Positions 56,973-60,518 of a stretch of 60,518 nucleotides of DNA are shown in pieces. The translations under genes and the position numbers were made by a program. Within the stretch, counting starts at the first letter, position 1, and every line of letters starts with the position of its first letter. Under the pieces are notes generated by a model. The model was not told the DNA's origin, made no database searches, and worked only from the letters and a program-made list of their open reading frames with translations. Source of the stretch: a virus (lineage: Duplodnaviria > Caudoviricetes); IMG/VR virus record IMGVR_UViG_3300042539_002213, positions 1 through 60,518 of that record, one strand, 5' to 3'.

Positions 56973-57671
56973 TTATCTTCCTTTCACTTCGATAACGATT
57001 CTTCCGTCTGGTAGCGTACGCTTTTGCATTTGCTGATAAGCCGGATTGCGATTAGCCATTTCACGTTGGATAACTCTTTCGGCGGCTCTTACGCTGTAGC
57101 TCTGCTTAAGCTCATTTGCCCAACTGTCTACTCCGGCTTTGGATTTGTGTGCACCTAAGCCCTTGGCTGACAAAAGACCATTACCTTGAGCGTAAAAGTC
57201 CGTGAGCATTACGTACTCACCTTTCCTAAATGGATGCGGCACAAGGCCAATCTCATAGGCACTCTTTTTGTTCAGCTCTGGTCTGTAACGAATACAGTAT
57301 TTAGCATCCTTGCTCATTTCTTCTGTTGTAAGCTTGGTATACGCAGCCTTAACAGCTTCGTTCTGAAGCAGCTTTCGCTGTTGCTCTAGATTCCACGGAT
57401 TAGTTTCAAGATCCAGGATATTTTCTGGAATCTCAAAACCCATAGATTTTGCAAGCGCTCTTACATCAACGCCTTTTTCTTTTAGCCTGTGGGCTAAAAC
57501 TGCTTGGTAAATACCTGGAAGTGGGTGATCGCCAACAAGCCTACCGTTATCGGTAATCCAAGTGCGGTAAGTTTTACTTTCAATTAGCTCAAGCTCAGGG
57601 CATTGAGCTTGAACAACTGCTTTAAGCGCCGTGATATCTTTAACGCAAAAACCATTTACTAAGTGTGACAT
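56973..57671 (-). CDS. DUF1257 (Ycf35)-like protein with insertion
   Basis: MSH...KD..AL, YEIGL, LKQSY and DGRIVI motifs; adjacent to DUF2997. Confidence 0.7.
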   Translation of the reverse strand: MSHLVNGFCVKDITALKAVVQAQCPELELIESKTYRTWITDNGRLVGDHPLPGIYQAVLAHRLKEKGVDVRALAKSMGFEIPENILDLETNPWNLEQQRKLLQNEAVKAAYTKLTTEEMSKDAKYCIRYRPELNKKSAYEIGLVPHPFRKGEYVMLTDFYAQGNGLLSAKGLGAHKSKAGVDSWANELKQSYSVRAAERVIQREMANRNPAYQQMQKRTLPDGRIVIEVKGR

Positions 57672-57694
57672 TTTTGTCTCCTAAAAGAATCAAT

Positions 57695-57719
57695 AAAAAA
57701 AGCCGACTTTTGTCGGCTT
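57695..57719 (-). terminator. Intrinsic terminator
   Basis: AAGCCGAC-TTTT-GTCGGCTT hairpin with a U-run on the minus strand. Confidence 0.7.
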
Positions 57720-57738
57720 AACGTTGCTTTACTGGAGC

Positions 57739-58029
57739 TTATCTGCAGCACCGTCGCGACCGAAGCAGCGGTCGCTTGACGGTAGTTACTGCGCTGCTAA
57801 CTGTACGATTAGCAACGCAGCCTGCAGTTTGCACAACGTTTCGCGTTGTGCAGGCCACTTCTTGCGTAACGCCTGCTGCAAACCCTACGGCAGCTTCTGC
57901 CACTTGTACTACCGGCGAGGCTACAGCTTGCACGGTACTTCGAACAGGCCTATTGCATGTTCCGCTACTGCAATCTTGCGCGTAAGCGGTAGAACTCAAA
58001 ACCAAAACAGCCAAAATTGCCTTCTTCAT
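57739..58029 (-). CDS. Secreted Cys-containing small protein
   Basis: Signal peptide MKKAILAVLVLSSTAYA, CSSGTC, basic RPLLRSRRCCR tail. Confidence 0.7.
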   Translation of the reverse strand: MKKAILAVLVLSSTAYAQDCSSGTCNRPVRSTVQAVASPVVQVAEAAVGFAAGVTQEVACTTRNVVQTAGCVANRTVSSAVTTVKRPLLRSRRCCR

Positions 58030-58796
58030 TATTCTTCCTCGTTTCCTGCCCTAGATACAATTTGCTGTAGCTGACTTACTACAGCGGACGTTGAACCGTT
58101 GCTCAATGGTAGCACCTTTAGCTGATCCATCAAGCCCTGCATGTTCTCCAGGTAAACCGTACGTAGCTCACCTGTCTTTTCTTGTTGCATACTGTAAATA
58201 GCTGAATACATCTCTGGATCGTCTGCATATTCTAAATCGACTTTCCCGGAAGCATCCTGTGTAAATGCAAAACGCAACACATCAAAGGGTTTAAGTATAC
58301 CCTCCTCTTTTAGCACTTGGCTAATATATTCCCTAATCTCAGCAGAAAATTCTGTATCTTCTGGATCCTCGTTAGGGGGGTATAGCAGCAAAGCTTCTGT
58401 GATTCCAACAAGCATTTCACTAGCGTCTGCAGGCTCAAACTCATCGGGTTGAAACTCGTCGCCAGCTAAAATGTTACAAATCTCTACAAAACGGGTTACG
58501 TCTTTATAGAAGTAATTTGTCGTTAGAATCGTAATTGCCGCCATTATTTTATCAAGTGTGATTTTTGGCAGCTTTAATTGAAAATCCTGTTCTATTTCTA
58601 ACCTTATTGTTTCTGGAGCCCAGTTAAGTAGAGCTGTACCGTAGTGATCCAGTAGCATCAAAATCAAAGGAGTCGCGTAAGATTCTTCAGCAAGCAGAAG
58701 CGACCTTTGTACAGCTTTAGCTGCCAGAGGTTGGCTTAAAGTACTGTTTGCCTTTTTAATTGCTGTCTGCAGAATCAAGCTTGCGGCTTTGTCCAT
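58029..58796 (-). CDS. Hypothetical acidic protein
   Basis: 255-aa ORF with TAATG coupling to the downstream gene. Confidence 0.7.
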   Translation of the reverse strand: MDKAASLILQTAIKKANSTLSQPLAAKAVQRSLLLAEESYATPLILMLLDHYGTALLNWAPETIRLEIEQDFQLKLPKITLDKIMAAITILTTNYFYKDVTRFVEICNILAGDEFQPDEFEPADASEMLVGITEALLLYPPNEDPEDTEFSAEIREYISQVLKEEGILKPFDVLRFAFTQDASGKVDLEYADDPEMYSAIYSMQQEKTGELRTVYLENMQGLMDQLKVLPLSNGSTSAVVSQLQQIVSRAGNEEE

Positions 58797-59127
58797 TTAA
58801 TTTTCTCTCTATGAGTGCAAGGCAGTCGCATGTAATTATTGTAATTGAGGCTCTAGGCAACTGATTTATTTCTTCAGCTATTGAAGTATCCCAGAAATTC
58901 TCCTTACCTACCACAGCAACCCAGCGGCTATCGCAAACAGCAAGCGTTAATAGGTTTAACTGTTTGTGTTGCAAAAGCCTAGGTTTAGCAAATCTAATTA
59001 TATCGTAGATTTGCGCCTCAGAAAACATGTTCAAATGCTCAAGCCACTCGGCTACCCAAACAAGAACAGGACTATCATCTGCTACTGCTTTTTTAAAACG
59101 GACTATTTGATTTTGATCCACAGCCAA
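58756..59127 (-). CDS. Hypothetical protein
   Basis: 123-aa ORF. Confidence 0.6.
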   Translation of the reverse strand: MAVDQNQIVRFKKAVADDSPVLVWVAEWLEHLNMFSEAQIYDIIRFAKPRLLQHKQLNLLTLAVCDSRWVAVVGKENFWDTSIAEEINQLPRASITIITCDCLALIERKLNGQSRKLDSADSN

Positions 59128-59173
59128 TATCTAAAAAAAAGCCCTGAAATCTAAATCAGGTAGAAAGTAAAAA

Positions 59174-59223
59174 TCGCAGGAGCAAGCTTGTTACTTTTTA
59201 GGGTAAACAAGCCGCTCCTGCGA
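59174..59223. other. Long imperfect hairpin in an intergenic region
   Basis: Outer stem TCGCAGGAGC/GCTCCTGCGA plus inner stem GCTTGTT/AACAAGC. Confidence 0.6.
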
Positions 59224-59244
59224 CAAGGTTTATTCAGCTAAGCT

Positions 59245-59568
59245 TTAAAACTTAGCTGTAATTTCAAACGCCGCTTGATAATAAGCGGGTTGCATATCCG
59301 GGTGATTAAACGGCAACGGTTTGCCATCTTCACCTTTGATTTCTTCCAAGGCTTTACCCTTAGAATTTCTGGGGTTAGGCGATTCAGCCCAACCAGAAAT
59401 ACCAGGGCTGCCCTTGATACCTGCCGTAGCTGCTGCTTTAAGCGCAAGCTCTCTTGCACTTGCTGACTGCAGCTCTTCAATTTGCTCTGGAAAAGTTGCC
59501 TTTTCCGAGATTACGGTAACAACGGCACGCGAGCCATCTTTACCTAATGTCACTTGGGTTGCTTGCAT
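59245..59568 (-). CDS. Hypothetical protein
   Basis: 107-aa ORF. Confidence 0.7.
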   Translation of the reverse strand: MQATQVTLGKDGSRAVVTVISEKATFPEQIEELQSASARELALKAAATAGIKGSPGISGWAESPNPRNSKGKALEEIKGEDGKPLPFNHPDMQPAYYQAAFEITAKF

Positions 59569-59825
59569 TTTGCCCCTTCACGGATTACAGGTATTTCACG
59601 TGGCCCGTGAAATCCAATAGTTGCGGCTGTATCACCTGCCCGAATGCAGGTGATTTCTAGTCCTGCGAATTCTAACACATCTTCAACCGTAATAACATGG
59701 TTAAAGGTTTTTTCTTCACCTTCTATTTTTAGCTTAATTCTATTCTTTGTTGAACTGGATAGGGTGATGGAGTTAACTTCCGCTATCCAAACCTTTTCTC
59801 CGACTTTCAAAGTTGTTTTTAACAC
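59550..59825 (-). CDS. CsrA-like RNA-binding protein
   Basis: MLKTTLKVGEKVWI and IGFHGPREIPVIRE match the CsrA termini (MLxLxRxxGExxxI; IGIxAPxxVxVxRE). Confidence 0.65.
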   Translation of the reverse strand: MLKTTLKVGEKVWIAEVNSITLSSSTKNRIKLKIEGEEKTFNHVITVEDVLEFAGLEITCIRAGDTAATIGFHGPREIPVIREGAKCKQPK

Positions 59826-60109
59826 TATTCCTCCATGAATACCAAAGGTTGTTCTTTAACTGCCAGTTCGGCCACATCGGCCAAACTGATTCCGTAGTTT
59901 CTACGAAAAGCGGTAAGCTGCTTCCCCGGAATGCGGTTTAGCTTTTCATATAGGCTTGGGTTTTTCACCACCTTTTCAGGTGGAAGAAAATCAGCTGGGC
60001 TATTAAAGCCCACAGACTCAGGATCACTAATGTCTTCAGTGAAAACCCTGTTAATTGACCTTCTCTTGTTAACTCTCCGACCTGAAATTAAACGGCGTAC
60101 GGATGCCAT
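59825..60109 (-). CDS. Hypothetical protein
   Basis: Likely start MASVRR. Confidence 0.55.
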   Translation of the reverse strand: MASVRRLISGRRVNKRRSINRVFTEDISDPESVGFNSPADFLPPEKVVKNPSLYEKLNRIPGKQLTAFRRNYGISLADVAELAVKEQPLVFMEE

Positions 60110-60146
60110 TATTTCAAACCTTTCTAAAATTGGCAGTAGTTTCCCG

Positions 60147-60305
60147 CTACCAGACACCGAAATAAGCGACACCTACGGTGGCGTCACCAGTGGCTTCTTT
60201 GAGTTCAGACATGTGCATCTGAACATCTACTTTGATTGTTTGTCTTAGTGAAGGTGTAGAAGCACATCCGCTAAAAACCAGAATAACAAAAGCGATCCAT
60301 CGCAT
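60147..60305 (-). CDS. Small lipoprotein (52 aa)
   Basis: Hand-translated MRWIAFVILVFSGCAST...; lipobox FSGC; AAGGA RBS. Confidence 0.6.
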   Translation of the reverse strand: MRWIAFVILVFSGCASTPSLRQTIKVDVQMHMSELKEATGDATVGVAYFGVW

Positions 60306-60323
60306 AATTTTTTCCTTAAAAAA

Positions 60324-60387
60324 AGCGGGGCCGGACTTTCACCGGACGTAAGATTTAACTTACGTGAGCATACATGCCCTACCCGCC
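60324..60387 (-). ncRNA. tRNA-like cloverleaf RNA (non-canonical)
   Basis: Closing stem GGCGGG/CCCGCT; arms GGGCA/TGCTC, ACGTAAG/CTTACGT and CCGG-TGAAAGT-CCGG; followed by a T-run. Confidence 0.5.
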
Positions 60388-60405
60388 GAATATCAAAATG
60401 TAAGT

Positions 60406-60518
60406 TCAGCGCCCGTTGCGCTTTACTTTTTCTACAGTGTCGTAGCCGTTGCCGTAGCCGTTGCCGTAGCCGTTGCCGTAGCCGTTGCCGTTGCCGTAGC
60501 TGTAGCCGTAGCCGTAGC
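60406..60518 (-). CDS. Gly-rich (GYG/GNG repeat) small protein, 5' end outside window
   Basis: ...GYSYGNGNGYGNGYGNGYGNGYDTVEKVKRNGR*; tandem hexamers GGCTAC/GGCAAC. Confidence 0.65.
   Translation of the reverse strand, partial: YGYGYSYGNGNGYGNGYGNGYGNGYDTVEKVKRNGR

Noticed and set aside
60324-60387. Canonical tRNA gene
   Set aside because: No 7-nt anticodon loop, no TTC in the T-loop, no GG in a D-loop and too short; kept only as tRNA-like.
1-60518. Stop-codon reassignment, as in some jumbo phages
   Set aside because: Conserved genes are full length in the standard code, and TAA, TAG and TGA all end genes with tight overlaps.

Overview
This is a gene-dense, standard-code segment of a large tailed-phage (jumbo-like) genome; a Planctomycete host is a weak inference. 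Almost all genes lie on the minus strand. The window carries a replication/recombination block: family A DNA polymerase with an N-terminal UDG-like domain, primase, DnaB-like and SF2 helicases, SbcCD, RecA with AT-hooks, endonuclease VII, a DEDDh exonuclease, RNase H-like protein, dTMP kinase and dCTP deaminase. It also carries an intein-containing terminase large subunit, a probable portal, four glycosyltransferase-like genes, a spore-photoproduct-lyase-like radical SAM gene, a Ycf46-AAA/DUF2997/DUF1257 module, host-regulator mimics (alpha-CTD, CsrA) and many small accessory genes. The best candidate for an undescribed system is at 28.9-30.3 kb, inside the replication operon: a stand-alone Cas7/RAMP-fold gene overlaps an IS110/Nop-domain-like gene and is followed by a putative ~60-nt opposite-strand small RNA, with no CRISPR array in the window. 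Other oddities are a Thr-initiated intein, a nested 44-bp inverted repeat beside a Zn-finger Rep-like gene, three plus-strand genes set head-to-head with almost no intergenic space, and a tRNA-like cloverleaf. All family calls come from motif recognition by eye; no database searches were run.
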